Assembly: GCA_963805625.1 (NCBI GenBank)
Contig: CAWDVE010000011.1
Location: forward strand, 32,001 to 96,000
From: an uncultured Candidatus Rokubacteria bacterium
GTDB lineage: Bacteria; Methylomirabilota; Methylomirabilia; Rokubacteriales; DASRDR01
Reading direction: 5' to 3'
Length of the DNA: 64,000 nucleotides
Shown: in pieces, positions 1 to 14,352 of the stretch
Position numbering within the stretch: position 1 is the first letter of the stretch
Layout of the letters: each line of letters starts with the position of its first letter
Position numbers and translations under genes: made by a program
Notes under the pieces: generated by a model
What the model saw: the letters and a program-made list of their open reading frames with translations, nothing else
Told to the model about the DNA's origin: nothing
Database searches by the model: none

Positions 1-382
1 CCAGGCTGGCGACCAGGCCGGTCCCGACCGGATCACCGCTGGTCATCACGATGGGAATGGTAGGGGTTGCTCTCTTGGCCGGCAGCGCCGCGAGCGTACT
101 GAGCGCCACGATCACATCAACCTTGAGACGGACCAGCTCGCCGGCCAGCTCAGGAAGCCGGTCACGCTTCCCGTCAGCATAGCGGTACTCGATGACGATG
201 TTCTTGCCTTCGGTATAGCCGAGATCACGCAAGCCCTGGCGGAATGCCTCCACGCGAGGCGAAGGGCCCGAATCGGGCCACAATACCCCGACCTGTGGGA
301 TCCTCCGCGCCGGCTGCGCCTGGACCACAAGCGGCGCGGCGAGGAGGCTGAGGGTACCCACAATGAACGCTCGTCGTTCCAC
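1..382 (-). CDS. ABC transporter substrate-binding protein (ABC_sub_bind family), runs off window edge
   Basis: Manual translation from GTG 382: VERRAFIVGTLSLLAAPLVVQAQ...EAFRQGLRDLGYTEGKNIVIEYRYADGKRDRLPELAGELVRLKVDVIVA. Confidence 0.9.
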   Translation of the reverse strand, partial: MERRAFIVGTLSLLAAPLVVQAQPARRIPQVGVLWPDSGPSPRVEAFRQGLRDLGYTEGKNIVIEYRYADGKRDRLPELAGELVRLKVDVIVALSTLAALPAKRATPTIPIVMTSGDPVGTGLVASL

Positions 383-387
383 GCGCG

Positions 388-3300
388 TCATCGCTCGACT
401 CCACCCAGCTCCGCGTCGGCCTTCTCCAGCCAGAAGGTCATGCCCATCTCGCGGTACATCGTTGTGGCGGTGGTGAGGTGCTCCTCGGCCTTCGCGCGGG
501 GACCGGTGCGCCGATAGAGCGTGCCGAGGCCGAGGTGGCAGTGGGCGGCGAGGGGACGCATGCCGAGCTCCTCGGCCAGCGCCGAGGCCTCGCGGAACCA
601 CCGCTCGGTCTCTCGCGAGTCCGGTGGATCGGAATGCGCGGCAACCTCCCCGAGGAGGCGGAGCGTCCAGGCCTCGACCCCGCGCTCGCCCCTGACCCGC
701 GCCGGCTCCAGCGTCCGCGTAGCCTCCCGCCCGGCCTCGACCGGACGGCCCGCTAGAAGGTATCCCTCGCCGAGGCAGGCGAACGGTAGTAGGTGCGTCC
801 AGCTTCGCGTGCGCTCCTCGACCGCCTCGCTCAGGAGCGGGAGGGCTTCGGCCTGCCGGCCCGCCAGCGCGTAGGCGAGGCCCAGCGTGGAGGCGAGGGG
901 CGTGAGGAAGAGCGGCGCCATGGCGCGACTGCGCTCGAGGGCCGGCTCGAGCACCCGGGCGGCTTCTGCCAGGTCGCCTCGGCGAACGCTGGTGAAGCCT
1001 GCGCTCCAGGCCGCGAACACGTGGCTGTATCGCGGCTCGACGGCCTCGGCGCGGCGGAGGGCCTCCCGGGTCACCGCGATCGCCTCGCCGAACTCACCCC
1101 GCTCGGCCAGCGCCCATCCGAGGAAGCCGAGTGCCCCGACTGACATCCGGATGAGCCCGAAGAAGTGTGGCGTCGGTCCCTCGTCGGCCAGCTTGGATGC
1201 AATCCGCCGCAGGGTGTTGGATGCCCGGTGGTATTCGCCGCGCGTGATGTGAAGGATCGCCAGCCCGATCCGCGTCTCCAGTTGGAGAGCCGCATCCCCG
1301 CTCGACTCGGCGGCCTGCACGGCGCGCTGCCCGATCTCATCCGCGCGCGCGCAGTCCCCGAGAAACATGAACTCGGTGGACACGTAGCGGAGCACCCGCG
1401 CTAGCCGGGTGGGGTCTCCCCGCTCCACTGCCAACGGCTCGGCCGCCTCGAGATGGGCGAGGGCACGCTCGTGCTCGCCGAGGGCGTAGAGGGCGTTTCG
1501 CAGGCTCAGCCGCAGATCGATGGCCTCGTCTAGCGTGTCCGGCGCGCGCGGGAGATGCCCGAGCGCCGCGAGGGCCTGCTCGAGGTGGGTCACCGCTTCC
1601 CGGAGCGCCCCGCGGCCCAGAGCCTTCTCTCCCGCCTGGCGCAGGTAGCCGGGGGCCTTCTCCCACACCTCGCCGCAGAGGGCATGGTGGGCGAGATGCT
1701 CGATCTGCTCCACGACGCGGTCGGCAGCCCGTCGCTCGATGACCTTGACAATGCGGGCGTGCAGGGCGCGGCGCTGGTCGTGCATCAGGCTCTGGTAAGC
1801 CACCACATGGGTCAGCGCATGCTTGAAGGTGTATTCGACCTCGGGGAAGAGCGCGGTCTCGTACAGGAACTCCCGGGCCTGGAGCCGTGCCAGCCCGGCG
1901 CGAAGCCGGTCCGGAAGCAGATTGCTGGCTCCTTCCAGGATCGGCAATGGCACGCTCGTGCCGACGACCGCGGCCTCCTGGAGGAGTCGCTTGTCGTCGG
2001 CCTCGAGTCGGTCGATGCGGGCCGCGAGCACGGCCTGGACCGTCGCCGGCACCTGGAGGTCCTGAAGCAGGCGCGTCAGACGGTGGGCGCCGCGCTCCCC
2101 CGCGAGCACGCCGGTCTCGATCAGGGCGCGCACGCCCTCCTCCAGGAAGAACGGGTTGCCCTCGGTCCGCTGGATCAAGGCCCGCTTGAGCAGCTCGAGG
2201 GATCGATCCCTCCCCAGCAGGGCGTCGAGCAGGGCCTCGGCGCTTTCCGCCGGCAGCGGGTCCAGTCGGAGCTGGGTATAGAAGGTCTTGCCCCCCCAGT
2301 GGTGCTCGTACTCGGGCCGGTAGTTCACCAGGACCAGCAGCCGGGCCGTGGGCGCGCTCTCCACCAGGCTGTCGAGCAGCGCCTGGCTCTCGGAGTCGAT
2401 CCAATGGAGATCCTCGAGGACCACGAGCACTGGCTGGACCTGGCTCTCCCGGAGCAGCAGGCGCTTGATGCCATCGAGGGTGCGCTGCCGGCGTTGGGAC
2501 GGATGGAGCGCGTGCCACTCGGGTTCCTCGACGGGCACGTCGAGGAGCGCCAGGAGCGCGGGCATGGTCGGCTTGAGCGTCTCGTCCAGCGTGAGGAGCT
2601 TGCCGGTGACCTTCTCCCGGATCTTCCGGTGCTCGTCCCGCTCGTCGACTTGGAAGTAGCCTTTGAGGAGGTCGATGACCGGGAGGTAGGCCGTGGCCTT
2701 TCCGTAGGAGACCGAGCCGGCCTGGACAATCCGCCAGCCGTGGGTGCGATGGGAGTGCGTCACCTCCCAGACGAGGCGGGACTTGCCGACACCCGGCTCC
2801 CCCACGATGGCCACGACCTGGCCGTGTCCCGCCGCCGCCCGCCCCAGGGCTTGTCGGAGCTGTTCCAGCTCGATGTCGCGACCGACGAACCGGGTCAGCC
2901 CCCGCGCCACCGCCGCGTGCATACGCGAGCGAAGCGACCCGGCTCCGACCATCTCGTAGACCTCGACCGGCGCGTCGAGCCCCTTGACCGGCACCGGTCC
3001 GAGTGGCTTGACCTCGACGTACCCTTCAGCGAGCCGCAGCGTGTCCGCCGTGAGCCGGATGCTGCCCGGCGGGGCGAGCTGCTCCATCCGCCCCGCCAGG
3101 TGGGTGGTCTGGCCCACCGCGGTGTAATCCATGTGGAGGTCGCTCCCGATGGCCCGGACAACCACCTCCCCCGAGTTCAGACCGACCCGGATCTGTACCT
3201 CGATGCCGTGGGAGCGGCGGACCCCCTCGGCATAGCGCCGAAGCGAGGCCTGCATGTCGTGCGCGGCGTAGCACGCCCGCACGGCGTGGTCTTCGTGGGC

Positions 3301-3743
3301 GACCGGCGCCCCGAACAGCGCCATGATCCCGTCGCCCATGACCTGGTTGACCGTGCCCTCGTAGCGGTGGACGGCCTCCATCATCCGCTCGAGGACCGGG
3401 TCGAGCAGCTTGCGCGCTTCCTCGGGATCTCGATCTGCCAACAGCTCCATCGAGCCCTTCAGGTCGGCGAAGAGCACGGTGACCTGCTTACGCTCGCCCT
3501 CGAGGGCCGCCTTTGATGTGAGGATCTTCTCGGCGAGATGCTTGGGCGTGTATGACTGTGGAGACGCGAACCGCGCTTCGACGGGATGGCTTGCCGCGGC
3601 GAGCGGTGCGGCGCACCCTCCGCAGAAGTCCTCGCCCGGCTCGTTCGAGAACCCGCAGGATGGGCAAGCCACGGCCAGGGGCGCCGCGCACTTGGCGCAG
3701 AACCGACGCCCTTCGCGGTTCTCCGCGTGGCACCGAGGACAGG

Positions 3744-3747
<4 letters not shown>
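388..3747 (-). CDS. Double zinc ribbon + class III nucleotide cyclase + STAND/AAA ATPase + TPR protein
   Basis: Four CxxC at N-terminus, VLFADLKGS and GDGIMALFG cyclase motifs, Walker A GEPGVGKS, Walker B LEDLHW, TPR-like C-terminus. Confidence 0.93.
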
Positions 3748-7913
<4,166 letters not shown>

Positions 7914-8269
7914 CGCGCGATGGTCGGCGCCAGGCTACGCCAAGGCGTTAGTGGGGGCAAGTACGAGTGGCCGTGCTAGAGGAGCACGTCTGGGCTGGAC
8001 TGGGCATCGGTCCCAAGGAGACCCATTGGGGCGCCAAGGCGTCGCCGCCTTCACACTGCGCGTCCTTCCTGATCTCGTTTCGCCTGCGGCGCGGGAAACC
8101 CTGGGCCTCCAGTGCGATGCTTCCCCACCCTGCGAACTCCCGCGGGTGTCGTCCTATCCACCTACCGCGGAGGCGGCCACCGTGAAGTCCGCTTCAATAG
8201 GCGCTGGTCACTCAAGCCTGCCTCGCGCCACTCGTGTATGTATCGACACTGAACCACTCGCAGCTCCGG

Positions 8270-8713
8270 TCATTGAGCCGGGGAGTGGCGCTTCCAGTGC
8301 GCAACTAAGGCACGCATCTGGTCCCGCATCTCCTCCACTGGCCAACTGCGCGATGTCGTGTACCGTAGCTGGGTCGGATGTGCGAGAAACTTGTTCAGCT
8401 TTCGTCCCCACTTCGCTTCGAGGGTTGCCGCAAGCTTCTCGACCGATTGCAGCGTCTCGCCCGCGGGCGAGATCTCACATGTCAACGGAAGCTGAAAATA
8501 CACGTTGTCCTTGTATCGCTCGTTCGGCTTTCCGAAGAACTCGAGCAAAATCCGAAAGTGCAATAGGAACGCCTCCAAGAACGCGAATTGATCATGGTTA
8601 CCGGCGTCCTGCCCGCCAGCCAAAACACGCGTGGCGCAGTGCTCCATCATGTCAATCTCGTAGTCGACTACATCCTTCGCACTGCCCTTGGGCGGGCGCT
8701 CATAGTGCCGCAT
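8270..8713 (-). CDS. Hypothetical helical protein, possible divergent HEPN-like domain
   Basis: ORF with GAGGTG RBS before ATG 8713; LEAFLLHFRILLEFF and RKLNKFLAHPT motifs. Confidence 0.6.
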   Translation of the reverse strand: MRHYERPPKGSAKDVVDYEIDMMEHCATRVLAGGQDAGNHDQFAFLEAFLLHFRILLEFFGKPNERYKDNVYFQLPLTCEISPAGETLQSVEKLAATLEAKWGRKLNKFLAHPTQLRYTTSRSWPVEEMRDQMRALVAHWKRHSPAQ

Positions 8714-8750
8714 CAGCACCTCATGCACCACATTGGGCCGTGCTCACTGA

Positions 8751-8777
8751 GTTCCTGGATCGGTCTGATCCAGGGAA
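8751..8777. repeat. 27-bp palindromic inter-gene site, copy 1
   Basis: GTTCCTGGATC-GGTCT-GATCCAGGGAA. Confidence 0.9.
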
Positions 8778-8778
8778 G

Positions 8779-8807
8779 GCTCGGGTCTCGGACACCGAGA
8801 CCCGAGC
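8779..8807 (-). terminator. Hairpin downstream of the GYD gene
   Basis: GCTCGGGTCTCG ... CGAGACCCGAGC 12-bp perfect stem. Confidence 0.65.
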
Positions 8808-8828
8808 ACAGGCCCGACGAGACGTCCT

Positions 8829-9161
8829 CTACCGAGCGGGACGGTACTGGGCGCTAACCGCAGGAGCCTTCTTGAGCGCCGCCACCCACTGAGAGCCGTT
8901 CAGCAGCGGGGTGGTCTTCGCGGCTTTGACGGCACCGCCGGCCGCGATAGCTAGCGCCACCGCCGCCATCGTGACGTCGTCCGGAGCTTCGACGATAACC
9001 GAGACGTCATACTCGCCATAGGAAAAGCCGCCAGCGAGAATCTTCGCGCCGACAGTGTCGGTCAACTGCTTCCCGACGATCTGAAGCCGATCCTGGGGGT
9101 TTTTGATCTGGGCGGCAAGAGATTCCGGTGTGTAGGCGACCTGATACAAGTACTGCGGCAT
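8829..9161 (-). CDS. GYD domain protein
   Basis: MPQYLYQVAYTPES...SYGEYDVSVIVEAPD; RBS GGAGA. Confidence 0.88.
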   Translation of the reverse strand: MPQYLYQVAYTPESLAAQIKNPQDRLQIVGKQLTDTVGAKILAGGFSYGEYDVSVIVEAPDDVTMAAVALAIAAGGAVKAAKTTPLLNGSQWVAALKKAPAVSAQYRPAR

Positions 9162-9253
9162 CTAGTTCTCCTTTGCGCATCTGCGGTGCGTGCTACGACC
9201 AGAAGTCAGGGCCTCTAGCAATATGCTAGGTCCGGAACGCTGCCTCCTTTTCC

Positions 9254-9280
9254 GTTCCTGGATCGCTCTCATCCAGGGCC
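9254..9280. repeat. 27-bp palindromic inter-gene site, copy 2
   Basis: GTTCCTGGATC-GCTCT-CATCCAGGGCC. Confidence 0.9.
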
Positions 9281-9338
9281 TCAAGCCGATCATACCCACT
9301 GCACTGGAAAGCTCACCGCTGTCGGAGAGAACGCTCGG

Positions 9339-10028
9339 CTAATGCGCCTGGAAGGAGCCTTCGGTGATGGTCTGGTTTCCGCTAATGTCTATCGCCAGCA
9401 CTTCGAAGGCCTGCTTCCCGCCCCCGAGGGACCGTACGAACTCGGGCGGAAGCGTCACTGCCGTGCTCGATGCCGGGAGAGTGACCTGAAACGCGCCGAC
9501 GATGACCTGATAGCCGACGATGGTGACGCTCTTGTCCGGAAGGATGTCCGCCGGACCAGTGACGGGCTCCCAGCGGATGACGACGGTGTCGCCATTGACC
9601 TCTGCGGACACGGCGGGTCCGGCCGGAACGGCATGCGAGAGCGTCGGCTTGCTCATTAGCTGGGTTCCCCCCACCGTAACGCCGATGAACGTGTACTTCC
9701 CCTCCGGGAAGCGGGCCAGGAGCTGGCTGAGCAGGAACTCGTCGAGCGATGGCTCCGCGCCCTCGAAGAACAATTCGGTCAGGCCGAGACCCACGTAGCC
9801 CCCCTTGCCCTCGACGAAGAAGATCTCGGTCCCGGCTGGGTCGAGGATGCGGAGCGTCTCCCAGTCTTCGGCATCGAGGGAGACATGAAAGCCAAGGTCG
9901 TTCGCCGAGGAGTTGTACTCGATGTAGATCCGCGCTTCTTTGAACGGCGCGGCCCATGCAGGAGCCACCAGGCCGAGAGCGATCGCTCCTAGCAGAAAGC
10001 CGGGCAACAGACGCGTATGTCGTCTCAT
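9339..10028 (-). CDS. Secreted protein with C-terminal fibronectin type III-like segment
   Basis: Signal peptide ending APAWA; VVIRWEPV...IVGYQVIV...FEVLAID; RBS GAGGAGG. Confidence 0.75.
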   Translation of the reverse strand: MRRHTRLLPGFLLGAIALGLVAPAWAAPFKEARIYIEYNSSANDLGFHVSLDAEDWETLRILDPAGTEIFFVEGKGGYVGLGLTELFFEGAEPSLDEFLLSQLLARFPEGKYTFIGVTVGGTQLMSKPTLSHAVPAGPAVSAEVNGDTVVIRWEPVTGPADILPDKSVTIVGYQVIVGAFQVTLPASSTAVTLPPEFVRSLGGGKQAFEVLAIDISGNQTITEGSFQAH

Positions 10029-10258
10029 TTCTCATTCCTCCTCTTGCTCGCTGATCAGTCCTTGGGGGGCGCCGAGTTCTCTCCGAGCCACGGTGTGAAC
10101 TCTGACGCCTCGCTTGGCCAGACTTCCCGCAGATCCACCCACTTCAGCACACCGAACTCCGGCATCGTCTGTCCCCCTGAGAGTCCGCCGCTCGCCCCGC
10201 CCAGCGCTGCCCTCCGGCCTCCCTCCGTCACGGGCCAAGAAATATCGAATCAGCCACA

Positions 10259-10285
10259 GTTCCTGGATCGCCCGCTTCTAGGAAC
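10259..10285. repeat. 27-bp palindromic inter-gene site, copy 3 (contains stop codon of the upstream methyltransferase)
   Basis: GTTCCTGGATC-GCCCG-CTTCTAGGAAC. Confidence 0.9.
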
Positions 10286-11153
10286 TCCTTCTCGAACCCG
10301 CAACGTGGGCAGGTCGGCTGGTCACGACATTCAGGCACACTCCAGGGATGGCATAGCCGCCGTTCCTACGGAACGAGCCCAAGCGATCCTGTAGCGTCTG
10401 CCGCATGGAATCCTGGCGATCCTCGGATAGCCCGGTGATCACCGCCGCCAACGCGCCTGCAACCTCTCGTAGAAGCGACCAGTACTGATCGGCGCTCTCA
10501 AAGCTCCAGACGATGGGAACCTCTTCAATCCGGGGAAGCCCGAACCCGGCATCCGAAAGGAGTCGCTTGATCCGGTCCGGGTTCGCGAGTGCGAGGATTC
10601 CCGGCGCCTCCGGGGCGGGGGGCGCCATGTGGCCTCCCTCGATCAGGACCCGGGCAGGTATCGCGGCCCACGGGTTGCGCTCCGCGCTCGCAAAGACTGA
10701 AAAGCAGAGATGGCCGTCTGGGCGGAGAACTCGTCGAGTCTCTCGAAGCGCCACCGCCGGGTCTGCCATGAGCATGTAGCCCCAGCGGCAGACCACCCCA
10801 TCCACGGTGCCATCGGGGAGGTCAAGTCGCTCCGCGTCCATCACCCGATACTCCACGTTGGTGAGCCCCAGTTCGGCCCCACGACGTCGAGCCGCCTCCA
10901 CCATTCTCGGCGCGAAATCGGTCAGGATCAGTCGTCCAGTAGAGCCAAGGAGTGGCGCGGCGGCGAAGCCCGTGTCCCCAGGGCCACACGCAAGCTCGAG
11001 GACCGTCTGTCCCGGCCGCACGTCCAGGTTCGCGATGAGCCACTCGCTGATGTGCCTCGACACACCCCAGAGGTAGGCACGTTTCGTCTCCCAACCGGCA
11101 GCCATCGCGTCCCAGACGGCTTTGCTCCTCTGGCGGAAGTCATCAGGGTTCAT
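10278..11153 (-). CDS. Class I SAM-dependent methyltransferase
   Basis: VLELACGPGDTG motif I, LTDFAPRM, MDAERL. Confidence 0.9.
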   Translation of the reverse strand: MNPDDFRQRSKAVWDAMAAGWETKRAYLWGVSRHISEWLIANLDVRPGQTVLELACGPGDTGFAAAPLLGSTGRLILTDFAPRMVEAARRRGAELGLTNVEYRVMDAERLDLPDGTVDGVVCRWGYMLMADPAVALRETRRVLRPDGHLCFSVFASAERNPWAAIPARVLIEGGHMAPPAPEAPGILALANPDRIKRLLSDAGFGLPRIEEVPIVWSFESADQYWSLLREVAGALAAVITGLSEDRQDSMRQTLQDRLGSFRRNGGYAIPGVCLNVVTSRPAHVAGSRRSS

Positions 11154-11178
11154 GCCATTCCCCCGTGACGAGCTTGGA

Positions 11179-11343
11179 TCAGCTCTTCTTCGACGTCTGC
11201 GTTGTAAAGCTTCCAAGCTGCGCGACGACCCTCGTGCTCTTACACGTCGGGCACCGCACCTTCTCCTTCTCGTGCTCCGAGATGGTCATGGTGAGTTCGA
11301 ACGACTTCTGGCACTTCTCGCAGAGGTACTCGTAGCGCGGCAT
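11179..11343 (-). CDS. FmdB-family zinc ribbon protein (54 aa, not in ORF track)
   Basis: MPRYEYLCEKCQKSFE...CPTCKSTRV; RBS AGGAGG. Confidence 0.88.
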   Translation of the reverse strand: MPRYEYLCEKCQKSFELTMTISEHEKEKVRCPTCKSTRVVAQLGSFTTQTSKKS

Positions 11344-11444
11344 CGATCTCCTCCTTGAAGACGGAGGTGATCCGAAAATGTAGGGCGACGAAGGGCCTCC
11401 GTCAACCCGACGTATCGGTAGGGATACGCTTAGAGGTGGGCACC

Positions 11445-11600
11445 TTACTTTCCTTCCGCCTTGCTCCGGCGTTTGATATCTTGCCCGTGCGCCCGCTTGT
11501 AGGTCTGAATGTCCTTGAATTGGCCTTTCGCGTCACGCTTGGCGTAGAGCTTCGTCCCGGAGACGCTCTTATGCGTTGTGCGCTGTCCCTTCTGGGCCAT
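11445..11600 (-). CDS. Small basic hypothetical protein (51 aa)
   Basis: MAQKGQRTTHKSVSGTKLYAKRDAKGQFKDIQTYKRAHGQDIKRRSKAEGK; RBS GAGAGGG. Confidence 0.7.
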   Translation of the reverse strand: MAQKGQRTTHKSVSGTKLYAKRDAKGQFKDIQTYKRAHGQDIKRRSKAEGK

Positions 11601-11692
11601 TAGCCCGCCCTCTCGCCTAAGAGGTCGCCTTCGGCCGCCCGCAGCGTTTCGGAGTCGTGGTGCCCTACCATCCGGGTCGTCTCGGGTGTGGC

Positions 11693-11971
11693 TCACACCG
11701 CCTTCGCGAACCGGTTGTAGAGCCACGCCCACGCGTACCCGAGGACCCACGCCATGCCGATCATGAGTACCAGCGTGACGAGCGATGCGGCGGACGGTTG
11801 AATCTTCGGGAACAACGAGGCGACATTCGCCCCGAAGAACTGGGCATCGAACAGAATCCCGAACGCCCGCGTCGACACGAGAGCGATGATGGCAAACAGA
11901 ACGTAGAGCGCCGCCGTCAGAACGGCCAGCGAATTCGCGAAGGCCAGCTTGTTCAGCATTACCCACTCCAC
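11693..11971 (-). CDS. Small two-TM membrane protein (DUF5676-like)
   Basis: Two hydrophobic helices, ends AWLYNRF. Confidence 0.7.
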   Translation of the reverse strand: MEWVMLNKLAFANSLAVLTAALYVLFAIIALVSTRAFGILFDAQFFGANVASLFPKIQPSAASLVTLVLMIGMAWVLGYAWAWLYNRFAKAV

Positions 11972-11992
11972 CGATTATTTGGTTTTAGAGAT
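11966..11992. repeat. Possible degenerate copy of the 27-bp site
   Basis: CTCCACCGATT-ATTTG-GTTTTAGAGAT, 16/27 to copy 4, lies at a gene boundary. Confidence 0.35.
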
Positions 11993-12041
11993 TCCCACAG
12001 GCATTGGACGAATAGATTCAAGGCTCTCGCACGAAACTCTC

Positions 12042-12851
12042 TCAGGCGCGCGCGGTCAGGAGATTGTTGCCCATCGGGAATTTGATTCCGCCATCCGCCT
12101 GGCGAAACGGTCGAACCTCTGCCTCAACTTCGGCCGTGATTTCCGCGAGCACTGCGTCACCTTGCTCTGCGAGGGAGCCTAGCATAGTCGGCGCAGAAAC
12201 CGCGGTCGCTCGAACGAACAAGTTCGTTGATGGCCACTCGACCATTTTCGTCTTGCTCTCAACTTCGACCTGTCGAAAGCCTGCTCCCTCGATGAGTGTC
12301 CGCAACTGCCCCGCGTCGCTCAGCGAGAACGGCGGCAGCTTGCCTCGCTCAGATCCGAGACGACGCGCAAGCGCATGCTCGATGGCCGCGTAGGCCGGAC
12401 TCTCGGCAGAGGTGCGCCAGCAAGATACGCCAAGCCGCCCGCCTGGAACCAGCACCCGTCGCATCTGTCGAAGGGCCAATGGTTGATCGGGAAAGAACTG
12501 TAGACCCTGCTGACAGATTACAAGGTCGAATGACCGATCGCCAAATGGGAGCTCGAGGACGCTCGCCTCTCGCCATTGAATGTTCGGCGCAGAGACCAGC
12601 GATCGAGCGACTGCGAGCATGCCGGCATTGACGTCGAGGCCAACAACCCTGCCTTCCGGCGCGACTCGCTCTGCAACCAAGCGTGTCACGGCGCCCGTGC
12701 CGCAGGCGACATCCAATGCACGCTCGCCGGGTTTCGGAGCAACGAGGTCAACGAGATCACGTGCCCACGGCAGGAAAAATCGTGGGACAAGGTGCCGTTC
12801 ATAGATCTCAGCCGGTGCGCCAGTAAGGTCGAGCCTCTCGGTGTCTTCCAT
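12042..12851 (-). CDS. Class I SAM-dependent methyltransferase
   Basis: ALDVACGTG, GLDVNAGML, FDLVICQQGLQFFPD. Confidence 0.92.
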   Translation of the reverse strand: MEDTERLDLTGAPAEIYERHLVPRFFLPWARDLVDLVAPKPGERALDVACGTGAVTRLVAERVAPEGRVVGLDVNAGMLAVARSLVSAPNIQWREASVLELPFGDRSFDLVICQQGLQFFPDQPLALRQMRRVLVPGGRLGVSCWRTSAESPAYAAIEHALARRLGSERGKLPPFSLSDAGQLRTLIEGAGFRQVEVESKTKMVEWPSTNLFVRATAVSAPTMLGSLAEQGDAVLAEITAEVEAEVRPFRQADGGIKFPMGNNLLTARA

Positions 12852-12895
12852 GCCCGTTCTCCCCAGCTACCGCCACCCCGTCGGCGATTACTTAC

Positions 12896-12922
12896 GTTCC
12901 TGGATCACTTGGTTCTAGGAAC
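12896..12922. repeat. 27-bp palindromic inter-gene site, copy 4
   Basis: GTTCCTGGATC-ACTTG-GTTCTAGGAAC. Confidence 0.92.
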
Positions 12923-12982
12923 CGTCGGCACACCTTCCTTGCCACGCGCAGGAGTGGTGCGCCACGCCCCAGTGAAGGATGC

Positions 12983-13615
12983 TCATGGAGCGACCCATGC
13001 AGCGGAGAGGCCGGACTCGGTCCAACGGATGAAGGCGCGACGCATATCGCCCGGACCGAGCCAGAACCAGTCCAACGCAGTCGCGTGGACACGCACGACC
13101 GCGAAATGGCTCAGGGCGACCTCGTCGTCAGTCGTGGTAGGAAGCGCATCGAAGCGCGACGGCGCAGAGAGCACGGCGCCAGGCGCGTATTCGATCTCGC
13201 TGGCCATGCGACGAAGCGGCGAAACCTGTTGCCATGCCTCGCGTGCGACCTGGTCTCGACAATGCACGCTCGCCGTTCCGGTAAAGCGCGCCTCTATCGC
13301 ATCTCCGGGATCCCAGAAGACCACCGACACGCGACCATCCGCTCTCAGCTCTCGCACCTTATCCGAGCGGACGTCGGTGTGGAACACGAACAGTCGTTCG
13401 CCGGGCTCGACGCTGCGCAACGCGAGGACCCGGGCCCGCGGCCCGTGCGGCGACAGCGTGGCGAGCATCGGTAGCGCCCAGGCTGGCCAGCGACCGTTCA
13501 GACCTCCAGAGATGCGCCTCCACACATCGTCGAGCAAAGCCGGAAGCGTCTGAGGCAGTGACTCGACCGGCGCAGCAATGGGTGCAGTGAAAGAGCGGGA
13601 GGAGCCAGTGCTCAT
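12983..13615 (-). CDS. Pyridoxamine 5'-phosphate oxidase-like FMN-binding protein
   Basis: LATLSPHGPRARVLALR, FHTDVRSDKVREL. Confidence 0.85.
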   Translation of the reverse strand: MSTGSSRSFTAPIAAPVESLPQTLPALLDDVWRRISGGLNGRWPAWALPMLATLSPHGPRARVLALRSVEPGERLFVFHTDVRSDKVRELRADGRVSVVFWDPGDAIEARFTGTASVHCRDQVAREAWQQVSPLRRMASEIEYAPGAVLSAPSRFDALPTTTDDEVALSHFAVVRVHATALDWFWLGPGDMRRAFIRWTESGLSAAWVAP

Positions 13616-13647
13616 CGGATCAGCCCCCGTATTTCAGCTTCATTTGT

Positions 13648-13674
13648 ATACCTAGATCACTTAGTTCTCCGACC
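13648..13674. repeat. 27-bp inter-gene site, copy 5 (degenerate; upstream gene's stop codon lies in the spacer)
   Basis: ATACCTAGATC-ACTTA-GTTCTCCGACC, 20/27 to copy 4. Confidence 0.75.
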
Positions 13675-14323
13675 TTTCCGTGATGACAATCTCCTTGAAC
13701 ATGTCCCTCTCGTCGGGTCTCCATGTTCCAGACCAATCTATTCTGAACCGTCGTCTCACGTGGCCACAGTTCTCTCCATACAGAACAACCACGATCTCAT
13801 ATGATCCGGGGCCGACATAGCTCCGCTGCACAAATGGAAGTACCTCTTGGCCAAAAAAGAAACTGGGTACGTTTCGATCACCAGGCTGGAACTCGGGCCG
13901 TCCCTGCTGGAAGTACACAGCTTGCTTGGCCGGCTCTGGGATAAAGCCGATATCGCAGTAGATCCTACGCTCGGGATTCAGATCAATGAATTGACCACCG
14001 ACAACACTCCACACGAGGTACACCCCAAAGAAGTTTGCCTCTCGAATGTACCGTCCAGCACTATCGCGTACCCACAACTCCTCGAGTATCATCTCGCAAC
14101 GTCGCGCTTGAGTACCTCCTCTGTTCTGGACCGAGAGCCGAAAGTAGTATACAGGCCACCCACCTCCCGTCCCGGTCCGGTGACTCCATGGTGGCTCGAG
14201 ACGAAATTCGATTCGCAAATCCGGCCCGAACCATCTTCGCTTAATCCATTCGGCCCCAGCCGGTCCAAGAAGCGCACCGACGAGGCCCGAAAGTAAGGCA
14301 ATCACAACATTCGTAATGATCAT
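13661..14323 (-). CDS. Hypothetical protein with N-terminal TM helix; lower GC than its neighbours
   Basis: MIITNVVIALLSGLVGALLG; RBS GGAGGGGG before ATG 14323. Confidence 0.75.
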   Translation of the reverse strand: MIITNVVIALLSGLVGALLGPAGAEWIKRRWFGPDLRIEFRLEPPWSHRTGTGGGWPVYYFRLSVQNRGGTQARRCEMILEELWVRDSAGRYIREANFFGVYLVWSVVGGQFIDLNPERRIYCDIGFIPEPAKQAVYFQQGRPEFQPGDRNVPSFFFGQEVLPFVQRSYVGPGSYEIVVVLYGENCGHVRRRFRIDWSGTWRPDERDMFKEIVITERSEN

Positions 14324-14352
14324 CCCCCCTCCCGCTATCACCCGCTCGAGCA

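Noticed and set aside
8065-8091. CTTCCTGATC as the left boundary site of the array
   Set aside because: One-base deletion and no matching right arm; could be chance.
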